Shown here: in pieces, positions 44,028-53,442 of the stretch | Layout of the letters: each line of letters starts with the position of its first letter | Position numbering within the stretch: the first letter of the stretch is position 1 | From: Acidobacteriota bacterium | Lineage (GTDB): Bacteria; Acidobacteriota; Vicinamibacteria; Vicinamibacterales; CAVVIG01 | Direction: 5' to 3' | Length of the DNA: 64,000 bases | Assembly: GCA_018268955.1 (NCBI GenBank) | Contig: JAFDVO010000008.1 | Location: forward strand, 22,988-86,987 | Notes under the pieces: model-generated | The model's input: the letters and a program-made list of their open reading frames with translations, nothing else | Database searches by the model: none | What the model was told of the DNA's origin: nothing | Program-made: the position numbers and the translations under genes

Positions 44028-44909
44028 TCAATCCTCGCCGTTCCGCGGTGGTGGCTCCAGGTGAATCACGGCGTCGACAATCTGCGGGTACCGGCTCATG
44101 ACCCGGTCTTTGACGACGTGCGAGATGTCGTGTGCATCAGTGAGTCGCATGTCCGCGGGCAGCCACACGTGGAAATCGAGGAAGACGTGGTCCGCCGATC
44201 CGCGCGTGCGGATCTGATGGCACCCGAGCACACCCTCGACGCTCATCACCACCTGCTCGATGTCCGCCTCCGACATGACGATGCGGTCGCTCAGGATCTT
44301 CGTGGTCGTCAGGGCGATCTGGTAGCCGGAGTACCCGATGAACGCGGCCACGACGAGCGCCGCGAGCGGGTCGAGCACCGGCACGCCCGCCCGCGCTCCG
44401 GCCAGCGCGACGATCACCGTCACCGACGAGAACACATCGCCGCGCGTCTGCGTCGCATCGGCCAGCAACACCTCGCTGCCCAGCGCCTCGGCGGCGGCTG
44501 ACTCGTAGCGCACAACGATGACGTTCACGATGACCGTCAGGATCATCACGGCGAACCCGGATGCCGTGATGTCGGGCGGAGCCGACCGTCCCGTGAGGTG
44601 GTTGAAGGCGTTGCGGAGCACCTCGAGCATCACCAGCCCGAGGAACGCGACTACGCCGACGGCCGCCATCGTCTCGTACTTGCGATGACCGTAGGGGTGG
44701 TCTTCGTCCGGTGGGCGCCTCGCGGCGTACACGCCGACGAGCCCCACGACGTTCGATGCGGTATCCGTCAGCGAGTGGAAGCCATCGGACAGGATGCTGA
44801 TCGCACCGCTCGAGTACCCGTACGCGATCTTCGCGAGCGCGACGGCGAGGTTGAGGAAGAGGACGCGCGTCAGGACCCGCGCGACCCCCGCGTACCGCTC
44901 AGAAGACAC
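44028..44909 (-). CDS. Cation diffusion facilitator family transporter
   Basis: GTG start. Six helices, a HSLTDTASN-type motif, and a C-terminal cytoplasmic domain (HVWLPADMRLTDAHDISH). Confidence 0.85.
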   Translation of the reverse strand: MSSERYAGVARVLTRVLFLNLAVALAKIAYGYSSGAISILSDGFHSLTDTASNVVGLVGVYAARRPPDEDHPYGHRKYETMAAVGVVAFLGLVMLEVLRNAFNHLTGRSAPPDITASGFAVMILTVIVNVIVVRYESAAAEALGSEVLLADATQTRGDVFSSVTVIVALAGARAGVPVLDPLAALVVAAFIGYSGYQIALTTTKILSDRIVMSEADIEQVVMSVEGVLGCHQIRTRGSADHVFLDFHVWLPADMRLTDAHDISHVVKDRVMSRYPQIVDAVIHLEPPPRNGED

Positions 44910-45444
44910 GAGCGGTTGGCACCGGCCACCAGCGGAGTTGCACCTTCCCGATGATGTACTTCTTCGGCACCATGCCCCAGTGGCGGCTGTCCGAGCTGTT
45001 GTTGCGGTGATCGCCCATCACGAAGTAGTAGCCCTCGGGGATGATCTGGGGGCCCCAGTCGTCGTGGCTGCGATACTCGGCGGACACGTAGTCGTCCTGG
45101 AGCGGGATGTCGTTCACGTAGACGCGGCCATCGACGATCCGCACGCTGTCCCCTTCTTCCGCGATGACCCGCTTCACGAACGACTTGTCGGGGTTCAGCG
45201 GGTAGTAGAGCATCACGATGTCGCCGCGCCGTGGCTCCGAGATGCGGTAGATCAGCTTGTTCACGATCAGCCGATCCTGGTCCTCGAGCGTGTGCGCCAT
45301 GCTCTGGCCCTCGACGCGCGCGACCTGGAAGCCGAAGGTCACGATCAGGATCGCGTAGACCGCGGCGGAGAAGAGCGTCTTGATCCACGCGATCAGCTCC
45401 TCCTGCACCTGCCGCAGCCGTGAGTGACCGTTCGCCTGCAGCAC
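44899..45444 (-). CDS. lepB: Signal peptidase I
   Basis: Motifs EGQSMAHTL, GDIVMLYYP, VKRVIAEEGD and VMGDHRNNSSDSRHWG. The frame stays open up to 45726, but that would overlap the upstream response-regulator gene by about 100 nt. GTG 45444 is my guess; the true start is uncertain. Confidence 0.75.
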   Translation of the reverse strand: MLQANGHSRLRQVQEELIAWIKTLFSAAVYAILIVTFGFQVARVEGQSMAHTLEDQDRLIVNKLIYRISEPRRGDIVMLYYPLNPDKSFVKRVIAEEGDSVRIVDGRVYVNDIPLQDDYVSAEYRSHDDWGPQIIPEGYYFVMGDHRNNSSDSRHWGMVPKKYIIGKVQLRWWPVPTARVF

Positions 45445-45620
45445 GGCCGATGCCCCGCCCGCACCAGCCGGTGCGAGTTCGAGCGGCACGCCCAGGGTGG
45501 CGCCGTCCTCGGCCTGTCCGTAACCAGCGTCAGTGCCGCGCACACCGGTCGCCGGAGAGGTCCGGTGTGCGTCCAGGGCCTCAGCCGAGAATGCGAACGG
45601 AGCAGGCGCCGGCGTGCCGG

Positions 45621-46418
45621 TCAGATCTTCAGGTACTCCCTGAGCCGCTTGGTCTGCGTGCGGCTGACCGGAATCTCCGTCGCCTTCTCGTCCTTCATTC
45701 TCAGGATGTAGTTCCGACTGAACCACGGGACGATCTCCTTGATCTTGTTGATGTTCACCAGGTGGGACCGGTGCACGCGCCAGAAGACGCTCGGGTCGAG
45801 CCGCGCATGCAGCTCGTCCAGCGTCCTGTAGTTGGAGGTGCCCGAGAACTGGCTGGTGACGATGGTGATGGTTTCGTCGACGACCGAGGCATGGACGATG
45901 TCCTCGGCCTGGACGAGCAGCAGGCGTTCGCCGACCTTGACGGCGAGCCGTTCCCGTCGGCTCTGCCGTTCGCTGACCAGTTGCAGGATCTTCGCGAGCT
46001 GATCCTCTCCGAGTGCCCCTGCGGTGCCCTCCCCGGGATGCCGCTCCGCCGCAATGCGGCGCCGGGCTCGCTGGACGGCGGTGTCGAGGCGCGCCGGGTC
46101 CACCGGCTTCAGCAGGTAGTCCACCGCGTTCACCTCGAACGCTTCGATCGCGTGCTGGTCGAACGCGGTGACGAAGACGATGTGGGCGCCCGCATCGAGG
46201 TCCATGAGCCGGCGTGCGACCTCGAAGCCGGTCAGCCCGGGCATCTGCACGTCCAGGAAGACGAGGTCGGGTTGCAGTCGATCGATCGTCTCGACGGCTG
46301 CCGGTCCGTTGTCGGCTTCGCCGATCACGTCGACGCCGCCAAGCTGGCCGAGCAGGTAGCCGAGTTCTTCACGCGCCAGCTGCTCGTCGTCCACGAGGAC
46401 GGCTCGCAAGTCGCTCAT
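45621..46418 (-). CDS. LytTR-family DNA-binding response regulator
   Basis: Receiver (VLVDDEQLAREEL...VFLDVQMPGLTG) plus a LytTR domain (VHRSHLVNINKIKEIVPW). The start overlaps the kinase stop (ATGA). Confidence 0.9.
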   Translation of the reverse strand: MSDLRAVLVDDEQLAREELGYLLGQLGGVDVIGEADNGPAAVETIDRLQPDLVFLDVQMPGLTGFEVARRLMDLDAGAHIVFVTAFDQHAIEAFEVNAVDYLLKPVDPARLDTAVQRARRRIAAERHPGEGTAGALGEDQLAKILQLVSERQSRRERLAVKVGERLLLVQAEDIVHASVVDETITIVTSQFSGTSNYRTLDELHARLDPSVFWRVHRSHLVNINKIKEIVPWFSRNYILRMKDEKATEIPVSRTQTKRLREYLKI

Positions 46419-47737
46419 GCCGGGATCCGCTCGGGGAGTGCCAGGTCGGGGATCTCCACGCTCACGCGCGTGCCCCGGCCGGTCGTGCTGGCGAGCTTCA
46501 GCGTGCAGGCGGCGCCGTAGATCGTGCGCAACCGTTCGTTGACGTTGCTCAGCCCGATGCCCCCTTCGAGTGCTTCTTTCAGCCGTTCCTCCGTCATCCC
46601 CAGCCCGTCGTCCTCGACCTCGATGAGCGAGCGGTCACCCCGCCTTGCTGTCCTGATGGTAATGCGACCACCGCCGACCTTGCGCGAGAGGCCGTGCTTG
46701 ATGGAGTTCTCGATGATCGGCTGCAGCAGCATGCTGGGGACGATCACGTCCAGGGTGTCGGGGCTGATCTCCTTCAGCACCTTGAGCTGCGGGCCGAAGC
46801 GGACCACCTCGATGTCCAGATACTGATCGATCGATTCGAGCTCCTCTCGGAGCGTGACGAAATGGTCCGTGCTGCGCATGAGCCGGCGCAGCAGGCCCGA
46901 GAGCTTCGTGATCAGCACCCGGGCAGTGTCCGGCTGCGTCCGGATGAGCGATGAGATGGACGTGAGGGTGTTGAAGAGGAAATGGGGATTGATCCGGTTG
47001 GAGAGCGCCTCGATCCGGGCGGCGAGCAGCAGCTTCTCCTGTTGCTCCAGGCGGTGCTCGATGCGCGCGTTGTTCCAGATCTTGATCGGCGTGGCGACGG
47101 TCAGCACCGTGGCGAGCACGATGACCGGGAAGGTCCACAGCGGATCGGCATGCAGGTAGAACAGGCGGTGGTGTTCGCTCCAGCGCACGCCGAGCCCCTG
47201 GCGAATGAGCTCGAGCCCGACGGGCGCGATCAGCAGGATGACCTGCCAGTCGATCTGCCGCTGTCGCAGCATGTGCCAGATCCGGATCGGCAGCCGGGTG
47301 ACCACGAACGGTGAGAAGTGCCAGATCGCCTCTTTCGGGCAGAGCTCGCGGAGACCTCCGCCCGCGAACCCGCATCCAACCGCGAAGGGGAGTGCGATCA
47401 CCTCGCCATTCGCGAGTGGTGGGAGGCCGACGAGCAGGCCGACGATCGCCCCGGCGTAGGGGCCGGCAATCAGGCCGACCACGAAGGCGCCTTCGAGCGT
47501 GAGGTCGGCCGCGTTATAGTTCAGGAGCAGTCGCGATGCGACGCCGGCCGTCAGCGGGAGGCCCAGGGCGAACACCATGATCAGGCGGTCGCCCCAGCCA
47601 CGCCGCTCGAAGATGAGGATGTGACGGAATCGGCGGTAGCGGACCAGCATGGTCGCCAGCGCCGCCATGACGGCGAGCTTCACGACAAGCGTCGTGAGAA
47701 GCACCTGCTCGGCTGAGAGGAACTGTGGGCCGGGCAT
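46415..47737 (-). CDS. LytS-type sensor histidine kinase (5TM-LYT sensor, His_kinase, HATPase)
   Basis: Lies in ORF 46415-48253; ATG 47737 chosen (MPGPQFLSAEQVLLTTLVVKL...). H-box NPHFLFNTLTSISSLIR and an ATPase region with GIGLSNVNERL. Confidence 0.85.
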   Translation of the reverse strand: MPGPQFLSAEQVLLTTLVVKLAVMAALATMLVRYRRFRHILIFERRGWGDRLIMVFALGLPLTAGVASRLLLNYNAADLTLEGAFVVGLIAGPYAGAIVGLLVGLPPLANGEVIALPFAVGCGFAGGGLRELCPKEAIWHFSPFVVTRLPIRIWHMLRQRQIDWQVILLIAPVGLELIRQGLGVRWSEHHRLFYLHADPLWTFPVIVLATVLTVATPIKIWNNARIEHRLEQQEKLLLAARIEALSNRINPHFLFNTLTSISSLIRTQPDTARVLITKLSGLLRRLMRSTDHFVTLREELESIDQYLDIEVVRFGPQLKVLKEISPDTLDVIVPSMLLQPIIENSIKHGLSRKVGGGRITIRTARRGDRSLIEVEDDGLGMTEERLKEALEGGIGLSNVNERLRTIYGAACTLKLASTTGRGTRVSVEIPDLALPERIPA

Positions 47738-47779
47738 CCTTGATTTACTGGATCTTATCGGCGGGGTAAACTGAGAGCA

Positions 47780-48223
47780 ATGGCTCTGATTCGTCCTTTG
47801 ATCGTCGGCTTTGCGACCACGTTCCGGCACATGTTTAAGAAGCCGATCACTGTGGATTATCCGGACGAGAAGGTTCCGGTGTTTCCGAAGTGGCGCGGCA
47901 AGCAGGTGCTGATGCGCGACGAGAACGGACTCGAGAAGTGCGTCGCCTGCGGCCTGTGCTCGGTCGCGTGCCCGGCGGACGCGATTTACCTCGAGCCCGC
48001 GGAGAACGATGGCACGGTGCAGGCGGGACCGCGGTACGCCGCCGTGTACCAGATCCACAAGACGCGCTGCATCTTCTGCGGCTTCTGTGAAGAGGCGTGT
48101 CCGGTCGGCGCCATCTTCATGGGCAAGGACTACGAGCTGGCGGTCTACAGCAAGGACGACTTCGTCTGGGACAAGACCGACCTCCTCGTCCCGGCCACCA
48201 CGGGGGCGAGCGCCAACGGGTAG
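47780..48223 (+). CDS. nuoI: NADH-quinone oxidoreductase subunit I-like 2x[4Fe-4S] protein, not in a nuo operon
   Basis: 147 aa. Contains CVACGLCSVACP and CIFCGFCEEACP with NuoI-like flanks (ITVDYPDEKVPVFPKWRG). No other nuo gene is in the window. Confidence 0.8.
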   Translation: MALIRPLIVGFATTFRHMFKKPITVDYPDEKVPVFPKWRGKQVLMRDENGLEKCVACGLCSVACPADAIYLEPAENDGTVQAGPRYAAVYQIHKTRCIFCGFCEEACPVGAIFMGKDYELAVYSKDDFVWDKTDLLVPATTGASANG

Positions 48224-48234
48224 GTCCGTCAGGC

Positions 48235-48265
48235 AGGGCGGGCCAGGAGGCATGCCCGCCCTTTG
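48235..48265 (+). terminator. Possible terminator after nuoI
   Basis: agggcgggc (48235-48243) pairs with gcccgccct (48254-48262) around a 10-nt loop, then ttt. Confidence 0.45.
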
Positions 48266-48299
48266 ACCGTCCGCCCGACCAGCCCGCGCTCATCCACCC

Positions 48300-48995
48300 A
48301 TGCAGATTGGTGCGCTAGGCGACATCCACGGCGCCTTCGACGCCGTCGTCGACATCATGGCCCGGCATCCCGATGTCGAGTTGTGGGTGCAGGTCGGGGA
48401 CATGGCCAGCAACGACGGTGAGTACTTCACGCCGCCAAGGCCGCTCTACTGGATTAAGGGTAATAACGAGGACTTTGACGTCGTGGCGGCAGCCATTGCC
48501 GGTCGATCGCCCGCGCCGACGCTGCATTACCTGCCGAATGGCGGACCGTACCAGGTGGGCCCCTGGAAGGTGGCGGCCCTTGGCGGCACCTTCGCGCCGA
48601 GCTGGTACCACTCACCCGTGGCGCTGCTCCCACCGTCGCGCGGCAAGCGGATCGGCAGCGGCTCGATGAAGCTCGGCAAGAGCCGCGACGACAAGCGCCG
48701 GCACTTCGTCCGCGATGAGGTCCTCGCGTGCAAGGCGCTGACCGGCATCGACGTGTTCCTGACGCACGAAGCGCCCCGGCCCTTCTACCCGGCGGGGAGA
48801 CGGATCGACGCGGGCAAGACCGTCATCAGCGAAGTGCTCACCTCCATGCGGCCGCGGCTGCACCTGTTCGGCCACCACCACGAGTTCACCGACTCGGTCC
48901 GCCAGGGCGTCCGCTCGATCGGCCTCGACGTCGTCGGCAAGTCCTACCTGCTGATTGACGCCGAGACGTTCCGCTGTGAGCGCCTGGATACCTGA
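48300..48995 (+). CDS. Metallophosphoesterase
   Basis: Motifs GDIHG, VGDM, GNNED and a histidine-rich HLFGHHHEF. Confidence 0.8.
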   Translation: MQIGALGDIHGAFDAVVDIMARHPDVELWVQVGDMASNDGEYFTPPRPLYWIKGNNEDFDVVAAAIAGRSPAPTLHYLPNGGPYQVGPWKVAALGGTFAPSWYHSPVALLPPSRGKRIGSGSMKLGKSRDDKRRHFVRDEVLACKALTGIDVFLTHEAPRPFYPAGRRIDAGKTVISEVLTSMRPRLHLFGHHHEFTDSVRQGVRSIGLDVVGKSYLLIDAETFRCERLDT

Positions 48996-49016
48996 CGGAA
49001 TGCGCGACCACGCACT

Positions 49017-50858
49017 ATGACTCCATTCTCTGATGCGATTCGCGAGCGCGTGCTCGTCTGCGACGGCGCGATGGGCACGATGCTCTACTCGCGCGGCGTG
49101 TTCATCAACAAGAGTTTCGATGCGATGAACCTCACGCAGGCGCCCCTGGTGGAAGCGGTTCACCAGGAGTACGTGCTCGCGGGCGCGGACATCCTCGAAA
49201 CGAACACGTTCGGAGCGAACCGGATCAAGCTCGGATCGTTCGGCCTGGCCGAGAAGCTGCGGGACATCAACATCGCCGGCGCACAGATTGCGCGGCGCGC
49301 GGCCGGCGATCGCGCGTATGTCGCGGGCGCCATCGGCCCGCTCGGCATCCGCATCGAGCCATGGGGCAAGACCGGTGTTGACGAAGCGCGTGAGTACTTC
49401 CGTGAGCAGGCGTCGGCGCTCCTCGAAGGCGGCGTGGACCTGTTCATCCTCGAAACCTTCCGCGACCTGAACGAGATCGGCGCCGCCATCGACGCAGTAC
49501 GGTCGCTCACCAACCTGCCGATCATCGCCCAGATGACGACGGAGGAGGACGGGAACACGCTGGATGGCACGCCGCCGGAGCGGTTTGCGCCGGAGCTCGA
49601 GAAGCGTGGCGCGACCATCCTCGGCGTGAACTGCGCGGTCGGTCCGGGCCCCATGCTCGAGACGATCGAGCGCATGGAAGCGGTGACGGCGCTTCGGCTG
49701 TCGGCACAGCCGAATGCCGGCAAGCCGCGCGACGTCGAAGGGCGCAACATCTATCTCTGCTCGCCCGAGTACATGGCGTCCTACGCCCGACGCTTCATGC
49801 TGCACAACGTGGGCGTCGTGGGCGGCTGCTGCGGCACCACGCCGGAGCACATCCGGCAGATCAAGGCAGCGGTACGCGGTGCCCACGTGCCGGCGTCGGT
49901 GACGAAAGCGGAAGCCAGGGGGAGCGTGAAAGTCGGCACGACCATCGTGGCGCCTCCCGTCCCGCGCGAGCAGAAATCGCACCTCGCGCGAGCGCTGGCG
50001 AACGGCACCTTCGTGCTCGGCGTCGAGCTGCTGCCGCCCCGTGGGTTCGAAGCAGAACCGGCCATCCAGCGCGCACGCGAGCTGAAGCGGTACGGAGTCG
50101 ACGTGGTGAACATCCCCGACGGGCAGCGATCGGGGGCCCGCCTGAGCGCGCTCGCACTGGCCGTGCTGGTCGAGCAGCAGGCCGGGATCGAGACGGTGCT
50201 TCATTACGCGTGCCGCGACCGGAACCTGGTCGGCATCCAGTCCGACCTGCTGGGCGCCCACGCGATCGGGCTCCGCAATGTGATGCTGATTACCGGCGAC
50301 CCCGGCCGCGTGGGTGACTATCCAGATGCCACGGCCGTGTTCGACGTGGATTCGATCGGCCTGACCAACCTCGTCACACGGCTCAATCACGGCGCCGACA
50401 TTGGTGGGCAGCCCATTGGGGCGCCCACGGCCTTCCACATCGGTGTCTCCGTCAATCCCGGCGCGGCCAACCTCGACGAGGAGCTGCGGCGGTTCGAATA
50501 CAAGGTCGAGGCAGGCGCCGAGTTCATCGTGACCCGCCCGATCTTCGACCTGCCCGCTTTCGAGAAGTTCCTGGCGCGCATCGCATCGGCCGGCCTTCCG
50601 GTGATTGCCGGCGTGTTTCCGTTCGAATCGGCTCGAAATGCCGAGTTCATCGCGAACGAGGTGCCCGGTGTGCGGGTGCCCGAAGGCCTGATGGAGCGGA
50701 TGCGTCGCGCCGACGGGCAGGACGCGGCCGCAGCCGAGGGCATCGCGATTGCGCATGAAATCGCCGCCGGGCTGCGCCATGCCGTTCAGGGCATCCAGGT
50801 GTCGACCCAGACCGGCAACATCGATGCGGCGCTTGGCGTCCTCGATGGACTTCGCTGA
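49017..50858 (+). CDS. Bifunctional homocysteine S-methyltransferase / 5,10-methylenetetrahydrofolate reductase (YitJ-like)
   Basis: The N-terminal homocysteine-binding domain (LVCDGAMGTMLY...GGCCGTTPEHI) is fused to an MTHFR domain (FVLGVELLPPRG...LHYACRDRN...ITGDP). Confidence 0.85.
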   Translation: MTPFSDAIRERVLVCDGAMGTMLYSRGVFINKSFDAMNLTQAPLVEAVHQEYVLAGADILETNTFGANRIKLGSFGLAEKLRDINIAGAQIARRAAGDRAYVAGAIGPLGIRIEPWGKTGVDEAREYFREQASALLEGGVDLFILETFRDLNEIGAAIDAVRSLTNLPIIAQMTTEEDGNTLDGTPPERFAPELEKRGATILGVNCAVGPGPMLETIERMEAVTALRLSAQPNAGKPRDVEGRNIYLCSPEYMASYARRFMLHNVGVVGGCCGTTPEHIRQIKAAVRGAHVPASVTKAEARGSVKVGTTIVAPPVPREQKSHLARALANGTFVLGVELLPPRGFEAEPAIQRARELKRYGVDVVNIPDGQRSGARLSALALAVLVEQQAGIETVLHYACRDRNLVGIQSDLLGAHAIGLRNVMLITGDPGRVGDYPDATAVFDVDSIGLTNLVTRLNHGADIGGQPIGAPTAFHIGVSVNPGAANLDEELRRFEYKVEAGAEFIVTRPIFDLPAFEKFLARIASAGLPVIAGVFPFESARNAEFIANEVPGVRVPEGLMERMRRADGQDAAAAEGIAIAHEIAAGLRHAVQGIQVSTQTGNIDAALGVLDGLR

Positions 50859-50895
50859 CTGACCGGATGTATAGTCGGTCGGACTTGTCTCATCC

Positions 50896-51654
50896 GTGGC
50901 AGACCCGGCGAGTTGGGCGGGGTCGCGCATGGAGCCGCAATCGTCGAGGCTGTTGATGCCGCTATTCGACTCGCCAGAGCCTGAGCACGACAAAATCGTC
51001 GGCAGCGATGTCGCCACCCGGGCGCTGTCGGTGACCGTTGTCGAGAACGATTTCGTCGCCCGCGTCTACGAGAAGCTCGCGTCGATCTACGACTTCACGT
51101 TCGGTCCGACCCTTCATCCCGGTCGCGTGCAGGCGCTGCAGCGTATGGGGATCAAGGACGGAGACCGCGTGCTCGAAGTCGGGGTGGGCACCGGCATCAA
51201 CGCGACCCTGTACCCGCGCACCTGCCACGTCACCGGCATCGACCTATCGGATTCGATGCTGGAGAAGGCGCGCGAGCGGGTCGCCCGCAAAGGGCTGACG
51301 AACGTCCGGCTCCTCGAAATGGACGCCGCCGACCTGAAGTTCGCCGAGGGCTCCTTCGACATTGTGTACGCCCCGTACCTGATCAGCGTCGTGCCCGACC
51401 CGGTGGCGGTGGTGCGCGAGATGGTGCGTGTCTGCCGACCCGGCGGGAAGATCGTCGTCCTCAACCACTTCCTCAGCCCCAACCCGGTGCTGGCGTGGCT
51501 CGAGCGGGCGATCTCGCCCTTCACGGTCCACATCGGCTTCAAGTCTGACCTCGACCTCCCGGCATTCCTCGCGCAGGCCGGGCTCAAGCCAGTGTCCATC
51601 GAGAAGGTGAACATCCCGAGGATCTGGTCGCTCGTCACTTGCATCAAGGCCTGA
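50896..51654 (+). CDS. Class I SAM-dependent methyltransferase
   Basis: Motif VLEVGVGTGINA. The start is uncertain (GTG 50896 or ATG 50929). Confidence 0.75.
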   Translation: MADPASWAGSRMEPQSSRLLMPLFDSPEPEHDKIVGSDVATRALSVTVVENDFVARVYEKLASIYDFTFGPTLHPGRVQALQRMGIKDGDRVLEVGVGTGINATLYPRTCHVTGIDLSDSMLEKARERVARKGLTNVRLLEMDAADLKFAEGSFDIVYAPYLISVVPDPVAVVREMVRVCRPGGKIVVLNHFLSPNPVLAWLERAISPFTVHIGFKSDLDLPAFLAQAGLKPVSIEKVNIPRIWSLVTCIKA

Positions 51655-53438
51655 GACTCAGCCGGATCTGGCTGGTCCTCGTCCTCGTCGCCTTCTGCCT
51701 GCCGCTCTTCAACGGTCTCGGGATTCCCGATCTCGAGACCGACGAAGCCATCTACTCCTTCGCAGTCGATCGCATCCTCGAAGTCGGCGACTGGCTCGAG
51801 CCCAAGAGCAGCCCGAGCGAGACGGCCGTGTTCCTCGAGAAGCCGCCGCTCAAGTTCTGGCTCGTGGCCGCCCCGATCAAGGCCGGCCTGCTGCCGCATG
51901 ACGAGTTTGGCCTCCGCTTCCTCGACGCGGTGGCCGGCAGCGCCGCCTTCGTCTACGTGTTCGCCATCGGCAGTATCCTCGCCGGGCCGGTGTGCGGGGC
52001 GGTCGCGGTACTGCTGCTGTTCGTCCACTGGCCCCTGCTGTTCGCGCATGGGTTGCGCTCCAACAACATGGAGGCGTCGCTCGTCCTGAGCTACTGCGGC
52101 GGCGTGTTCCACGTCCTGCGCTGGTCGGCGGTCGACGAGCCCCGCGGCCGCACCGGCCACGCGGTGGCCGCATCCCTGTGGTTCGTCCTCGGGTTCATGA
52201 CGAAGTTCGTCGCGGCCCTCTTCCTGCCGTTCATGCTTGCCACGGCCGTGGTGGTGACGCCTCGAGTACGCGCCCGGCTGTTCGCGGAGTGGCGGCTCTG
52301 GGGCGCGTGTGCAGGGCTGGTGCTGCTGCTGTGCGCGCCCTGGTTCGCGTACGCCCACGTGCGGTTCGGCTCGCAGCTCTGGGAGACGATCCTCGGTGAG
52401 CACGTGCTCAAGCGCATGACGGCGTACCTCGATCCCACGCACCTGCACCCCTGGTACTGGTACCTGCAGCAGATGTGGAAGGAGTTCGAGAACGAGCAGA
52501 TGCGCTGGCTCATCGTGGCCGGCGTCGTGACGCTGCTCGTGCAGGCCGCCCGCAGACGCTGGTTCGAGGGGATGGTGGTGCTGCTGTGGGCGGCGGTGCC
52601 GATGGCCATCATCTCTGCGGGCACGTCGAAGCTCTATCACTACGCCTACCCATATCTCCCGCCCATCACCCTCGCGGCCGGCTATCTCGTCGCCCTGGTG
52701 GTGATGCTCGCGCCTGCGCCGCTGCGGCGCCTGCTCGAAGCGGCGGAGGACCGCGTTGCCACACGACTGGCACCGCTCCTCGGATCGCCCGTGAGCCCGG
52801 GGGCCCGACGAATCGCCATGGTGCTCGTCACGGTCGGCGCGGCACTGGCGATCGGCGCCGTGGCGCTGGGCGGGCTGAAGTTCGACGTCGGCGGCCGCAC
52901 CGTGTTCCGCAGCTCCGGCATCTGGCGGCCAATCGCGCTGATCCTCGTTGCGGCGATCGTCACACGCAGCAGCGCGCGGGTGACGAAACTGGTGGTGGCG
53001 ATCGTCGTGTTCAACGTGATGCCACTGGATGCGTACCGCGGCCAGCTCGAATGGACCAGCAGGGGAGCCCATCCCATGCGGAGCGCGGCCGCGTGCGTCC
53101 AGCAGGTGCAGGCCTCTGCCGGCACGAACGCCGGGATCTACATCGACATGCCCGAGGGCATCTGGCATCCGCTCTATTACTATTTCCGGCGCGTGCGTCC
53201 GGTGACCGAGGCCACAACTCCGCTCGATCCGGTCATCGATCGATACCTGCTGGACCCGGCAGCTGCGCGTCCGGTGCTGATCTCCGACACGGCCTGGCGT
53301 AAGTACCAAATGCGTCGCGCGCAAGCGGGCGGGAGCGCGCTCTCTCCGCCGATGGTGCCGTTCCTCAACTCACTGCTCCTCCTGCCGGGCCCATACGCGA
53401 CCTGCAGTCCAGAGGCCAGGCTGCTGACGCCGCGCTAG
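51639..53438 (+). CDS. GT39/ArnT-like polyprenyl-phosphate-sugar-dependent glycosyltransferase (GT-C)
   Basis: The TTG start overlaps the upstream gene end. Contains DLETDEAIYSFAVDRILEVGDWLEP...EKPPLKFWL and more than 10 helices. Confidence 0.8.
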   Translation: MHQGLRLSRIWLVLVLVAFCLPLFNGLGIPDLETDEAIYSFAVDRILEVGDWLEPKSSPSETAVFLEKPPLKFWLVAAPIKAGLLPHDEFGLRFLDAVAGSAAFVYVFAIGSILAGPVCGAVAVLLLFVHWPLLFAHGLRSNNMEASLVLSYCGGVFHVLRWSAVDEPRGRTGHAVAASLWFVLGFMTKFVAALFLPFMLATAVVVTPRVRARLFAEWRLWGACAGLVLLLCAPWFAYAHVRFGSQLWETILGEHVLKRMTAYLDPTHLHPWYWYLQQMWKEFENEQMRWLIVAGVVTLLVQAARRRWFEGMVVLLWAAVPMAIISAGTSKLYHYAYPYLPPITLAAGYLVALVVMLAPAPLRRLLEAAEDRVATRLAPLLGSPVSPGARRIAMVLVTVGAALAIGAVALGGLKFDVGGRTVFRSSGIWRPIALILVAAIVTRSSARVTKLVVAIVVFNVMPLDAYRGQLEWTSRGAHPMRSAAACVQQVQASAGTNAGIYIDMPEGIWHPLYYYFRRVRPVTEATTPLDPVIDRYLLDPAAARPVLISDTAWRKYQMRRAQAGGSALSPPMVPFLNSLLLLPGPYATCSPEARLLTPR

Positions 53439-53442
53439 CCGT

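Noticed and set aside
45445-45726. A long Ala/Gly/Pro-rich N-terminal extension of signal peptidase I up to ATG 45726.
   Set aside because: It would overlap the LytTR regulator gene by about 100 nt on the same strand. The region has no membrane or catalytic motif. It is kept only as an alternative start in the feature note.
48612-51017. An 801-aa ORF on the minus strand.
   Set aside because: It is antisense to the metallophosphoesterase, homocysteine-methyltransferase/MTHFR and methyltransferase genes. It has the same Arg/Ala/Gly-rich composition and no recognisable motif.
51114-53324. A 736-aa ORF on the minus strand. The same reasoning applies to ORFs 60488-62692, 6482-8755, 4998-6704 and 24751-26292.
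   Set aside because: All are long antisense frames opposite well-supported genes (GT39, the FAD/ICMT/GT-C genes and the DUF5916 paralogs). This is a high-GC artefact.
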